Shown piece after piece: positions 51,528 through 64,000 of a stretch of DNA of 64,000 nucleotides. The DNA comes from Squalus acanthias (Eukaryota). The notes under the pieces are model-generated. The model was not told where the DNA came from. It made no database searches and saw nothing but the letters and a program-made list of their open reading frames with translations. Made by a program: the position numbers and the translations under genes. The DNA lies in assembly GCA_030390025.1 (NCBI GenBank), contig CM059425.1, forward strand, positions 163,930,001 through 163,994,000. Direction: 5' to 3'. Numbering within the stretch: the first letter of the stretch is position 1; every line of letters begins with the position of its first letter.

Positions 51528-51993
51528 CAGCCTTGGTTCAGTGGTAGCATTTTTGCCTAACATCATAGGATGGTGGGTTCAAGTCTCACTTCAAAGACAT
51601 GAGCACATTATCTAGGCTGACACTCCAGTGCAATACTGAGGGAGTGCTGCATTGTCAAAGTTGCTGTCTTTTGGATGAGATGTTAAACCGAGGCCCCACC
51701 CCGTCTGCTCTCTCAGGTAGATGTAAAAGATACAATTACAGTATTCAGAGAAGAGCAGGGGAGTTCTCCCTGGTGTCCTGGCCAATATTTATCGCTCAAC
51801 CAAGATCACTAAAACATATTATCTGGCCATTATCTCATTGCTGTTTGTTCGACCTTGCTGTGCGCAAATTGACTGCTGCATGTTCCTTTATTACAACAGT
51901 GATTGCACGTTAAAAGTACTTCATTGAATGTGAAGCCCTTTGGGATGTCCTCAAGCCATGAAAGGCTCTATATAAACTCAAGTTCCTTCTTTC
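51528..51993 (+). mobile_element. Second Deu-domain SINE, head-to-tail with the first
   Basis: A box TGGTTCAGTGG, B box GGTTCAAGTC, same core and tail. Confidence 0.82.
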
Positions 51994-52053
51994 TTTGACT
52001 GATTGAGACTGAATGAGTCAAATGTATTTATTTTATATCTATCTATCTATATT

Positions 52054-52694
52054 GGCCCTGAAATTCGCCTCTCCGGCTTGCCGCGGGGGTAAGGATCGCG
52101 CGCGCACTTACCTACCACGCCTTCCGTTGACCTCTGGGCCCACGGGAACTTCAGCTCCTGGGCCTGCTCCAAGTGCCGGCGCGCAGTGCTTGCGTGTCCC
52201 AGGGGCGTAGTTAGTGCGAGGAAGACCTGTCAAATCTATGAATTGAAATCGGCCCCAAAAGAACAGCTAAACTGCAAATAATTTTTTTTTAAAAACCATC
52301 ACATTTATAAAATAACTATAAGTTAAATAAATTAACTACTTTAAACAAAAATATTTCTTTAAAATATCTAAAAAAGATAAACCTGTTGAAATTTTTTTTA
52401 AATTATAATTAATTAACCACTTACCTTGTTGAAAACGGATCTTGCGCCTCCTTTTTAAAAGCGCAGGTTCTTCAATACTTACCCTCCCGGAGAAACCTGA
52501 AAAAAAACCTAAGTTTGCTGCGTGCGCGCAGCCTCTACCGCGCACGCGGTTCACCTCTGAACCGCTCCCTTCACCAGACCGGAAGTTCCGGTTTCCCGCG
52601 CATGCGCAGTGCATACAGGAAACTGGCACTTCAGGAGGCCTTGCGGGTGAGTACACAGTGCGTACTCACCCGGCAAGTGCCGAAGGTTTGGCCC
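52054..52694. mobile_element. Harbinger-type MITE, same family as 25650-26421 (inverted)
   Basis: Ends GGCCCTGAAATTCGCC and GCCGAAGGTTTGGCCC; flanks ATT/ATA; shared CGTTGACCTCTGGGCCCACGGG and CGGGTGAGTAC...GTACTCACCCG. Confidence 0.85.
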
Positions 52695-53491
52695 ATAGTG
52701 TCTCATATCACATTATGCATTCATGCAATGAATGTTTTCCTATTTAGGCATGCAGAAATACTGTGGATAGATGTAATATCTATGTGTGTGCCAACAGCAC
52801 TCAGTAAGATTTGTAATCCAATAGTTCTATGAAATCATTATTCAATTTCCCACCGCTGTTGTTCAATTCTAAGTAACCGCATAATGAGCTGCTCTCAGGT
52901 AAAGGATCAGATGCCTGCTATTTGCAATGTAACACGGTCAAATAATTAATTCCTGATGATGCCCAAATTGTAGCAGTTAATAATTGCTGTGACCTTTTGG
53001 GCTGCTGGTAATATAATGGGAAATTACAGATTACATATTTTAAATCAACTTGTTGGCTGCGCTCAAATATCCTCAGGCACTGCCTGTCTGAAAAAGCCTG
53101 GCATGCAATTGAATGTACTCCCAGAGAATTGTCACTATTTTTTCTTTGTATATAAGATTGTCTTGTACTTAAACGTATTTTTATAATAAAATTATTTGTG
53201 CTTGTTGTGCTGTCTGTGTTGTAACTGTTGAGCTGTCACTTGTTAAGTGTTTATGGCTCTGTGTTTTTCTCTTTTCAAATTGGTTTATTTTTCTAATTTT
53301 GTTACTGATCAATCATATTATTTGAATGTTCACCCCAATTTTAGTGTTCTTTCCAATCATAGGGCACCAAAACAATTTATCTAATTATATTGCAGTTTTG
53401 AGGAAGGGGCTTACCTGAAACATTAACCTGTCTTTTCTCTTTATGGCTGCTGACTGATGTGCTGTGTCTTTCCAGCATTTTTGCTTTTATT

Positions 53492-56400
53492 CATAGAACA
53501 TATAGAACATAGAACAGTACAGCACAGTACAGGCCCTTCGGCCCTCGATGTTGTGCCGAGCATTGTCCGAGACCAAGATCAAGCTATCACACTCCCTATC
53601 ACTCTGGTGTGCTCCATGTGCTTATCCAATAACCGCTTGAAAGTTCCTAAAGTGTCCGACTCCACTATCACAGCAGGCAGTCCATTCCACACCCCAACCA
53701 CTCTCTGAGTAAAGAATCTACCTCGGACATCCCTTCTATATCTCCCCCCATGCACCTTATAGTTATGCCCCCTTGTAACAGCTGCCTCTACCCGAGGAAA
53801 TAGTCTCTGAACATCCACTCTATCTATCCCCCTCATCATCTTATAAACCTCTATTAAGTCGCCTCTCATCCTCCTCCGCTCTAAAGAGAAAAGCCCCAAC
53901 TCCCTCAATCTTTCCTCATAAGACCTCCCCCCCAAACTAGGCAGCATCCTGGTAAATCTCCTTTGCACTCTTTCCAATGCTTCTACGTCCTTCCTATAGT
54001 GAGGTGACCAGAACTGCACACAATATTCCAAATGTGGTCTCACCAAGGTCCTGTACAGTTGCAGCATAACCTCACGGTTCTTAAACTCAAACCCTCTGTT
54101 AATAAACGCTAACACACCATAGGCCTTCTTTACTGCTCTATCCACTTGAGTGGCAACCTTCAGAGATCTGTGGATATGAACCCCCAGATCCCTCTGCTCC
54201 TCCACGTTCCTCAGAACCCTGCCGTTGACCCTGTAATCCTTATTCAAATTTGCCCTACCAAAATGAATCACCTCGCACTTATCAGGGTTAAATTCCATCT
54301 GCCATTTTTCGGCCCAGCTCTGCATCCTATCAATGTCTCTTTGCAGCCTACAACTGCCCTCCACCTCATCCACTACTCCACCAATCTTGGTGTCATCAGC
54401 AAATTTACTGATCCACCCTTCAGTCCCCTCCTCCAAGTCATTGATAAAAATCACAAACAGCAGAGGACCCAGCACCGACCCCTGTGGCACACCGCTGGTA
54501 ACTGGTCTCCAGTCCGAAAATGTTCCATCCACCACCACCCTCTGCCTTCTATGAGTTAGCCAGTTACTTATCCAATCGGCCAAATTTCCCTCTATCCCAC
54601 AACTCCTTACTTTCTTCATGAGACGACCATGGGGAACCTTATCAAACGCCTTACTGAAATCCATGTATACGACATCAACTGCTCTACCTTCATCTACACA
54701 CTTAGTTACCTCCTCAAAGAATTCAATCAAATTTGTTAGGCAAGACTTACCCTTCACGAATCCGTGTTGACTATCCCTGATTAAGTTGCCCCTTTCCAAA
54801 TGGTCATAAATCCTATCCCTCAGGACCTTTTCCATTATCTTACCAACCACTGAAGTAAGACTAACCGGCCTATAATTACCAGGGTCATTCCTATTTCCTT
54901 TCTTGAAGAGAGGAACAACATTCGCCACTCTCCAGTCCTCTGGCACCATCCCCGTGGACAGTGAGGACCCAAAGATCAAAGCCAGAGGCTCTGCAATCTC
55001 CTCCCTTGCCTCCCAAAGAATCCTAGGATATATCCCATCTGGCCCAGGGGACTTATCGACCCTCAGGTTCTTCAAAATTGCTAAAACATCTTCCCTCAGA
55101 ACATCTACCACCTCCAGCCTATCCACCTTTATCACACTCTCATCCTCAAGAACATGGCCCCTCTCCTCGGTGAACACTGACAAAGTATTCATTCATCACC
55201 TCTCCTATCTCTTCTGACTCCATGCACAAGTTCCCACTACTGTCCTTGACCGGCCCTACCCTCACCCTGGTCATTCTTTTATTTCTCACATAAGAGTAAA
55301 AAGCCTTGGGATTTTTCTTGATCCAACCCGCCAAGGACTTCTCATGCCCCCTCCTAGCTCTCCTAAGCTCTTTTTTTAGCTCATTCCTTGCTACCTTGTA
55401 CCCCTCAATCGACCCAACTGAACCTTGTTTTCTCATCCTTACATACGCTTCCTTTTTCCTCTTGACTAGACATTCAACCTCTTTTGTGAACCATGGTTCT
55501 CTCACTCGGCCATTTCCTCCCTGCCTGACAGGGACATACCTATCAAGGACACGCAGTAATTGCTCCATGAAAAAGCTCCACTTTTCGTTTGTGCCTTTCC
55601 CTGATAGTTTCTGTTCCCATCTTATACTCCCTAATTCTTGCCTAATCGCATCATAATTACCCCTCCCCCAATTATAAACCCTGCCCTGCCGTATGGCCCT
55701 ATCCCTCTCCATTGCAATAGTGAAAGTTACCGAATTGTGGTCACTATCTCCAAAGTGCTCTCCCACATACAAATCAAACACTTGGCCCGGTTCATTACCC
55801 AGTACCAAATCCAACGTGGCCCCACCTCTTGTCGGCCTATCCACATATTGTGTCAGGAAACCCTCCTGCACACACTGTGCAAAAACTATCCCATCCGAAC
55901 TGTTTGACCTATAAAGGTTCCAATCAATATTTGGAAAGTTGAAGTCACCCATGACAACTACTCTGTGACCTCCACACCTATTCATAATCTGCTTTGCAAT
56001 TTCTTCCTCCACATCTTTATTACTATTTGGGGGCCTGTAGAAAACTCCTAACAACGTGACCGCTCCTTTCCTATTTCTAACTTCAGCCCATATTACCTCA
56101 GACGGCAGATCCCCCTCGAACTGCCTTTCTGCCGCTGTTAAACTATCCTTGATTAACAATGCTACTCCCCCACCTTTCTTACCAACTTCCCTACTCTTAC
56201 TGAAACATCTATACCCCGGAACTTCCAACAACCATTCCTGTCCCTGTTCTAGCCATGTCTCCGTAATGGCCACCACATCGTAGTCCCAAGTACCAATCCA
56301 CGCTCCAAGTTCTCCTACCTTATTCCGGATGCTCCTTGCATTGAAGTAGACACACTTCAAGCCATGTTCCTGTCTGCCGGTACATTCCTGCGACCTTGAT

Positions 56401-57021
56401 ACCCTCCTCAGTACCTCCCTACACTCACCACTGGCTCGTGGACTACAGCCCTTTTTCCCATCCCCCTGACAAATTAGTTTAAACCCCCCCGAAGAGCCGT
56501 AGCAAATTTCCCTCCCAGGATATTGGTGCCCCTCTGGTTCAGGTGCAAACCGTCCTGTTTGTACAGGTCCCACCTTCCCCAGAATGTGCTCCAATTATCC
56601 ACATAACTGAAACCCTCCCCCCTACACCATCCCTGCAGCCACGTGTTTATCTGCACTCTCTCCCTGTTCCTCAACTCGCTAGCACGTGGCACCGGCAACA
56701 AACCAGAAATTACAACATGGTTTGTACTGGCTCTCAGCTTCCAACCTAGCTCCCTAAATTCCTGTTTTAAATCCCCGTCCCTTCTCCTACCTATGTCGTT
56801 GGTACCGATGTGTACCACGACTTGTGATTGTTCCCCTTCCCCTTTGAGGATTCTGAAAACACGGTCCGAGACGTCACGGACCCTGGCACCCGGGAGGCAA
56901 CATACCATCCGTGAGTCTCTTTTGCTGCCACAGAACCTCCTATCTGTCCCTCTGACTATTGAGTCCCCAATAACTATTGCTCTCCTGCTCTCCCCCCTTC
57001 CCTTCTGAGCCACAGGGACCG
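53492..57021 (-). mobile_element. Young CR1 LINE, 5'-truncated in ORF1; ORF2 broken by one frameshift
   Basis: ORF1 esterase-like 56474-57013 (GDSIVRG, HIGTND, DGLHLN); ORF2 split into 55146-56594 (APE) and 53579-55192 (RT with FADDTK); (TTCTATG)n tail. Confidence 0.96.
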
Positions 57022-57693
57022 ACCCAGCGCCGGAATATTAGCAGTTTCAGTTTTTCTTCTTATTTGTACCTGTACTTATTTGCCTTGACAAATCGTCCAC
57101 ATACGCCCCAAAAACACTTTTGCTGGCGCAGAGTTGGGCTATTTACCCAGCAAATGCCCACGAAACCCTTATGCCTGGTAAAAGCAGGGGTAGGGCCTGC
57201 TTTTACTAGTGTAAGGGTTAAAATAAATGTTAAATTAAAATGGTTTAAATGATTAAAACATACAAAAACATTTAAAATTAGTTCATGTAAATTTTGGCCC
57301 GGATTAAAATGTTTAAAATTATTTTTCAAAAAATTAAATTTTTATTTTAAATGCTTAATTAAAGCGACTTTTAATTCATTTTGAACATGGAAATATTTAT
57401 TTTTTATTAGAATTATGTTAATTATTTATTTATTTGGGGATTGTGTTCATAAATGGAATCCCCATAAGCTTATGAGGAATCCCCCTTTCTAATTGGTTGA
57501 CCTGGCCCATGTGCTCTCAGGGACGCTTCCGAACCTCTTGTGACCCTGGGATCCGTGGGCCTTTACGCAGGCGTATGCCTGCAGGCCCAGGACCCGAATA
57601 TTCCGAAGCCCTGGAACCAGCAGGTACTTTCAGATTTTTTTTCGGATCGGAGGCATACTCCGGAGGTACGCCTCTAACCGCAAATTTCGGCCC
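57022..57693. mobile_element. Left-truncated Harbinger-type MITE; a second orphan right end lies at about 58037-58048
   Basis: AT-rich centre and GC-rich arm like 25650-26421; ends AAATTTCGGCCC followed by AAT; no left TIR found. Confidence 0.6.
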
Positions 57694-59419
57694 AATATAT
57701 TTTTTTTAAGTTTGTTTATGATATTTCAGCTTCTACCTTAATCCTATGTGTATGTCCGAATCTTTATTTTGCTCTCTGTGAAATTGTTAAAAAGTAAATT
57801 AGAATCTGTGTATTTTGCTTCCTGGTTTTGCTGTCTGTGAGAATTCTTCAAAGTGATTGGCTGCTTAGTCAGCTTGATGACATCACTGTTGCTGGACGCT
57901 GGAGATTTGCTTGATTTGGCACCAGATTCAAACCAAAGTTGGGAGAGCTGAAATTCGCACCACAGAGATTGTTAGGTCTTTGTGGGCAGCTTTCTTCAAG
58001 GTTAGCGGCGAGAGGCGTCACTTCGCCGCTGACCTCAAATTCCGGGCCAATGTTTAATTTAGTATTTTTTTGTTTTGTTTAATTGAATGGTGGAACAGGC
58101 TCGAGAGGCTGAATGGCCTGCTTCTGTTCCTATGTATATTTACTTGTTTGTTTACCTCCACCTTCATTGATCCTCCCTCCATTCTGGCATTTAGGTTACT
58201 TCAGTGAAAATCGTTATCTGATTGACTGAAAATCAATTTCTCAAATATAATTCATTGCCAATTAGAATATTTGAGTCTATATACAAAAATATTTTTGCCT
58301 TAATTATAATCTCATTATACAAGCTCCTCGCTGAAGCTTTAATAAATATCTTTAAAGGAAAGTGGAGAAAATGGTAATTTACAATTTCTGATTCTAAACA
58401 GCAAAAATATTTGATTCTATTTGAATTAACATTGTATAGTGGTTTCATATTATTGTAAAATACAAGTTAATAAACTGGAACGAAATTAATGTTCTTTAAA
58501 AAAACTATTTTGTTCAACTAACTTATTACTGGAATGCCTTGTTATTATATCGGGAAAAATATATTAATATAAATTTAAATCCCGACTCAGATGTTATAGA
58601 TTATTTTATTTCTCTTTCTTAGACTAAAAATTCTTATAAATACATTGAACCACTTGATTTCACTTGCCCCGGATTTAAGATAAATTAAAGCCCTGTTTTA
58701 AGATGTGCACTCAAATGATAATGTAGAGACATGCAGAAATTTTAGTAATAGAAAGAGAAAAGGACTACACAGATTGAAGTTTTAAAAAGAGTGATACTAT
58801 AGAACCAAGGTGGGTTGGTCAGAGCTGTGAGAAGACAAACAGCACAAAATACACAGAGAATGAAAAAAAGTCTCTTATCTATAATATCCTCCTTGTTATA
58901 TCTGGATGGCTCTTGTACACTATAATAAGATAATGTCTCACTCTATTTCAAACCATTCTTCAGGATGAAGGTCAAAACTGTCACTATGGGCCTTGTGGGT
59001 CAATTGGAGTTTTCTCAATATTTGTTGAGCAGTTCCATGAATACAATTGGATTAATGAGTAGTTAAGTGGCTCATTAACTATTTGAGAGCATTAAAGCAA
59101 CATTGTTACATGTACATGATGATTGGCTATTATTTATCTTTATCTCTAATTAAATCATATTCTCAGGAACTACAAATTTCAAAACTGTGTTCCTGAAATT
59201 TTGTTAAAGGTTGGAAAATTATAAAGAAATTTATTTTTCTAAATACGAAAAAAAAGTCCTAGATTTTTTTTTAGAACATTTTGGGTGAATTTATATGTCC
59301 ATCAGGGTGAAAAATGCCATTACTGGGGATGAGATAGTTTTAATCATTTTACTCCCTTGTTGATAGCTGGCACTCTTAGGTCAGCACTGAACAATGTGCC
59401 TTACACCCAAACTCAGGAG

Positions 59420-60111
59420 GGGTTTCCTGTACGGGCTGCTCTTGCACACCCTCCACTTTGCCATCCTCGTCTGCTGTCCGTGCACACCTTGGCGCACTAT
59501 CTTGCCATCCGGCAGAGGCGGAGGTCCCCAATGGAGGGCTCTCTATGCAGGAGTCCTCAGCTTTTCTATTAGGGACTTGGCCTGGAGGGTGTTACACGGA
59601 GCAGTCCCGTGCAATAAAGTTTTAAGTCAGTTCACGGACTCCCAGGCCGCCTGCCTTTTCTGTGGCCTGAAGAGTCCGTGTTCCATGTTTATATGGAATG
59701 TGAGAGGTTGCAGCCCCTCTTCCACTATTTGAAGTGGCTGCTCCTTGATTTCTGGCTGCACTTCAGTCCCACGCTCCTGATCTTCGGTCACCCGGTGCGG
59801 GGGGAAGCGGGCAGGTCGGGGGACCTCCTCGTGGGACTGCTCCTGGACCTGGCCAAAGTGGCCATCAACTGGTCCAGGCAGCGGGCGGTCGAGGAGGTCG
59901 TTCGGCCCGACTGCCTGCCTCTCTTCCGCGGCCGCGTTCGTGACCGGGTGGCCCTGGAGATGGAGCACGCTCGAGGCCTTCTGCCACCGGTGGGCACCGC
60001 AGGGACTGGAGTGCATCATCACCCCCGGTAATGGAATTTTAATTTAATTTATTAAGTTTCCTTTAATGTTTTAAGTTACAGTTAATTTGTTTACTGCATC
60101 ACCAAAAAAAA
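59420..60111 (+). mobile_element. 5'-truncated Tx1 LINE
   Basis: Matches 45600-46250; A8 tail; 18-bp TSD TACACCCAAACTCAGGAG at 59402-59419 and 60112-60129. Confidence 0.95.
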
Positions 60112-61233
60112 TACACCCAAACTCAGGAGAGAACCTTCTGCTGCACCAATAGTGATCCTCATTGCTTCTTTAACTGAGGCTTCCAATTTCATCCTTACAT
60201 CAGAGAAATACTTAAATTGAGTGTTAGATATTTTAATATTAGTAATTAGATTGACTTATGTTACACTTGGAAATTGTGTGAGCTCATACCAGCTGTATGA
60301 GGGTTCAAGGAAACAAACTCTCATGACAACGGATTTAAGGGTAAAGAGCCTTATCAAAGTGACACATAGATGGTTAAAAATTGAAAAGTAGGATACATTT
60401 TAGTGCCAGTTGTATTTGGTACAATGTTTCATGGCAGTGAAGGTTGGGTGCTTAAATAAGATTATGGTTATTTACAAGAGCTAAATTTAGCTTTTTTTCC
60501 TGGATAAAATGTCATCCCAACTCTCATTAATTGTCCAGAAAGTTATCAGTCCTTTTAAGGTGAGTAAAATTGATTTCCTGAAGATTTACAAAGTAATAGT
60601 TGGAGGTATAATTTTTCCTCACTTCAAGAAAAAGGGATAAATTTCCAATTTTTCATCAAAACTAACAACCAGATAACAGACTTGTGGGACGACATGGTTT
60701 AGAGGTGTGAGATTAATTGGTCACTACTGTAATGGAGTCACATGAGGAGAATTTTGGGGGAGGACGGTGTCAATAATGCAAAGGAGACAACAAACATGAC
60801 AGTCTGTCACAAATAAGAGTCAACACAAGCACTTTGATGTAACGGAGAAGAATGTGTGTGGGGACATTTATGTTTGTTGCTTTAATCGAATAACAGCTTT
60901 CTTACTGTTATGTAAGAGGACATGTGAAACTCTCTAATCCAGTAAAAAAAACTCTTGTTACAGAAAACGCGCAGGAGCCGCGCAGGTGCGAACCAGAACG
61001 CGGAAGTACTTTTCTCCCGGGTCTCGGGGAACAGCTGCTGGAAGACAATCGCCCACTCCGGGAGACTCCTGTGCAATCCTGTAGGGTTGGGAACCCTACT
61101 GCCACTCCAGTCTATTTCAAATCTTCCTGCTCACACACCTCATTAACTGTAGGTCTCAAAAAGAGAAAAATACTCATTTTTTCAATTTGATTGCACAGCT
61201 GAGGAATGCTGCACAGGTTCCTCATTAATAACA

Positions 61234-61322
61234 ATGTCAAATTTTGTTTGGTAACGCTCCTGTGAAGCACCTTGGGATATTTTACTACGTTAAAGGCGCT
61301 ATATAAATACAAGTTGTTGTTT
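61234..61322 (+). mobile_element. L2 3' tip
   Basis: Near-identical to 4604-4672 and to the reverse complement of 5758-5850. Confidence 0.85.
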
Positions 61323-63049
61323 AACAAGCACAAATTGGCTTTTTTCCAAACTTTTGTAATATTGATAAATTAATTTTTGGAGGGGTAGGAATACTCAGCA
61401 GCACATGGATGACTAGTCCACTAGTACTTTCTGCTTGTAATGCATCATTGTTCATACACGTCTACTTTTTCACTGAGATTAGTGGCGAGGGAAAATATGG
61501 CCTTCGATGTTTTGTTGTTGCAGCAAAGATGTCCTTTTAACACCGTGTAAACCAAGGGGTAACTTCTCAAGGTGTCATCTGAGATCGTTTCTGAACTGAA
61601 GCTAAGACTGAGCAAACATTTACACCTTTTCTGTACAAGATTATTTGGAGAACTGAGAGAAGAAATAACAATGCATAGGTGTACCAGGAACATCAGCTAC
61701 ACCGACTGGTCTGAGTAAGTAGGATAGAAAGGGCCTTTAAATCAGCACTGAGCCATAGTGTCTGGGCTGAATTTTTACCCAGGTGTAATTTTTCAATAAG
61801 CCACTCGGTTTCGTTCCAACAGTTTAATCAGATGGTATTTTTGTTTATTTGAACACTAACATAACTCACATGGAATGCTCACAGTAAGTCAGAGGACTTA
61901 TACGGACAAGGGTATTATACCATGTAATGCACAGTGTATTATTCTGTTGCTAAAGTGCAGCTTTAGTTAGTTAGTTGTCCTGTCTCTTTAAGGCACCAAG
62001 GTCTAACTACACATTCTGAGGTCAGTTAGAGGTTAATTCCTATTAGGCAGATAGTAGAGTCAATTAGAAGGTGATTGTTTACCTGTAAATTGGCAGTAGA
62101 AAATAACCGGGTTTTATCACTTTTTCCTGAACACAGTTTTGACTCTGTAACAATATGTGATCACCTGCAGTGTGATGGACAGATTCAAAGATTTTATATA
62201 ACAAATAAATCTGATTAGTGATCTACGACCTTATGGAAAATAATTACTATTTTTCTCCAACCTTTAATTCATAGCATTCAATTATTAGTTCTATTTGTTT
62301 CCATTATCTCACTTTTCCTAGCTCTTTTCCATTCCAGATGGTATTTATTCTCTTTTCCCTTTCAATGAAACTGCTATAAAAAGTTTTCTAAGAATCTGTG
62401 CAGGTGTGTACAATTTTGATATTTGTCTGTCACACAAAATTATTACCAATTTACTAATTGACTAGAGTGGAGTTGCACTAACCCGAAGGCCAAATTCAGC
62501 TTGTCAAGACATTCACACACTATCATCTTAACCAATTTGCAATAAGGCAGCTTTAGCAAAGTAGCCAATTTATATCAATGGTTCTCTACAATGAGGGTGT
62601 ATGCTTCCACCGCAAGGTTATTAATATTTTTATTCAAATACAATAATACTTATACAACTCATCAATTACATAGTAAATCCATTACATAGTAAATCCATTA
62701 CATTCATCCATCACAGCAAAAAATAAAGCCTTAAAAACAGCCTTATAGTTAATATAAATGCAATGATTAATTTTACAAATAATCAATAATGTTACTGCAA
62801 GGTTATTAGTTTTGGAACTACCTGCCTATGCCACATGGGCTCATCAACTTTGTATCTGTTTAATATTAAGAACATTTTTGTAAGAAAAAATGCACAGAAT
62901 TTTTTATAGCTTTATAGTACTGTATTTCTAATTTAAAAATCACAAAGCTTCAGTATTTCTGTTTTAAAGTGAAGGAGATCTGGCCATTGCAGGTGAGTTA
63001 GTTACCCTGAATAAGTGAAAAGCTTAGTCACAAGCACTTTCATTGTTCT

Positions 63050-63088
63050 GAGTTCTGACGAAGGGTCATTGACCTGAAACGTTAACTC
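63050..63088 (+). ncRNA. Minimal type I hammerhead ribozyme motif at the start of a Penelope-like short repeat (63050-63185)
   Basis: GAGTT-CTGACGA-A-GGGTC-ATT-GACCT-GAAA-CGTT-AACTC: 5-bp stem I, conserved core, stem II and palindromic AACGTT. Confidence 0.78.
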
Positions 63089-64000
63089 CATTTCTCTCTC
63101 TGCAGATGTTGCCTGACCTGTTGAGTATTTCCAGCATTTTCTGTTTTTATTTCAGATTTCCAGCATCTGCAGTATTTTGCTTTTGTATAAATATTTTCAT
63201 TGGCTGGTTTTGCAGAAATTCTAAATGCAGTTTAGCAGGTAAATCTACAGGGTGTAAACTACTTGAGTATTAACCAACTCCAAATTTATGGGTTTAGAAG
63301 ACAGGTGTCAACTTTCATCATGTGGATTAAGAACTACCTACTTAACACTTAGCTGTCATTAATTTAACACCCTACCCGAGTCACCTGGCTAGCTAAAAAC
63401 AGGTGAGATAGCTAGGTGTTATTAGGAACTCAGCCTAAGCACAGTAAACTACTTATAAACGGTTTCAAATATATAATTTTTCTAAATAAAATCCACTAAT
63501 CTAGCACTGTTTTAATACAGTATTTTTAAACTATTAATTTTGTCAATATTGAGATCTTCCCAAACTCCAGACAGGCTTCCTGCAACATCAATACTCTCAT
63601 GTTGCAGAATTTGGTTGGGATTGTTATAGAAATTAGCCTTTAAGTTTTGAATTATAGGGAGCCTGACTATTATAAACCAACATCACAATAATAGTCAGTG
63701 AGGAATAAGCCTGCCAGCAATTTTATACTTGCTTATTTAGAGGCAGTTCACAATTAGACTGCCTTACGTGGTTTATCATTCTTTATTTTTCTTTTCTCCT
63801 CCTTCATTCTTATTTTATTCTTTCATTCAATTTTGATGCTGTTTTATACTTTTAATTTTTTTGTACAGCCATATACTAATTTTTGTTTTTCTAAAACTCC
63901 TTTTCTTAAAACTCCATTTTCAAGTGAGGATTCCTTTGTGTTTACTTAGCCTATAAAATGCCAAATGTAAAATTGCAGTACTGTTGAATGATGTGTGACT

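Noticed and set aside
51021..51600. tRNA genes
   Set aside because: The A/B-box heads run straight into Deu-domain SINE bodies and do not form clean cloverleaves.
61445..61693. 82-aa minus-strand ORF as a host exon
   Set aside because: No recognisable domain or convincing splice pair; the length is compatible with chance.

Overview
This is eukaryotic, repeat-saturated, non-genic-looking DNA. The repeat families (CR1, L2, Deu-domain SINEs, Penelope-like elements, Tx1, PIF/Harbinger) suggest a cartilaginous fish, which is an inference. No intact host gene was recognised. The window is a deep nest of transposons. It holds at least six coding or formerly coding PIF/Harbinger copies plus several MITEs; the copy at 35648-39794 has an intact DDE transposase ORF, but its Myb partner gene has a mutated splice donor. 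It also holds a degenerate Ty1/copia LTR element, two near-full-length CR1 LINEs, L2 fragments, DeuSINEs, and Penelope-like sequences carrying minimal hammerhead ribozyme motifs. The most unusual structure is at 34813-47168: a full-length Tx1 LINE whose own 3' tail is replaced by a processed ferritin heavy-chain fragment with AATAAA and poly(A). This insert is flanked by a 525-bp, about 99% identical direct duplication. The duplication also copies a Harbinger-MITE right end, so a 19.9-kb block (26981-46832) is now bounded by perfect 14-bp TIRs and ACT/ACT target-site triplets. All coordinates were read by eye; no database searches were run.
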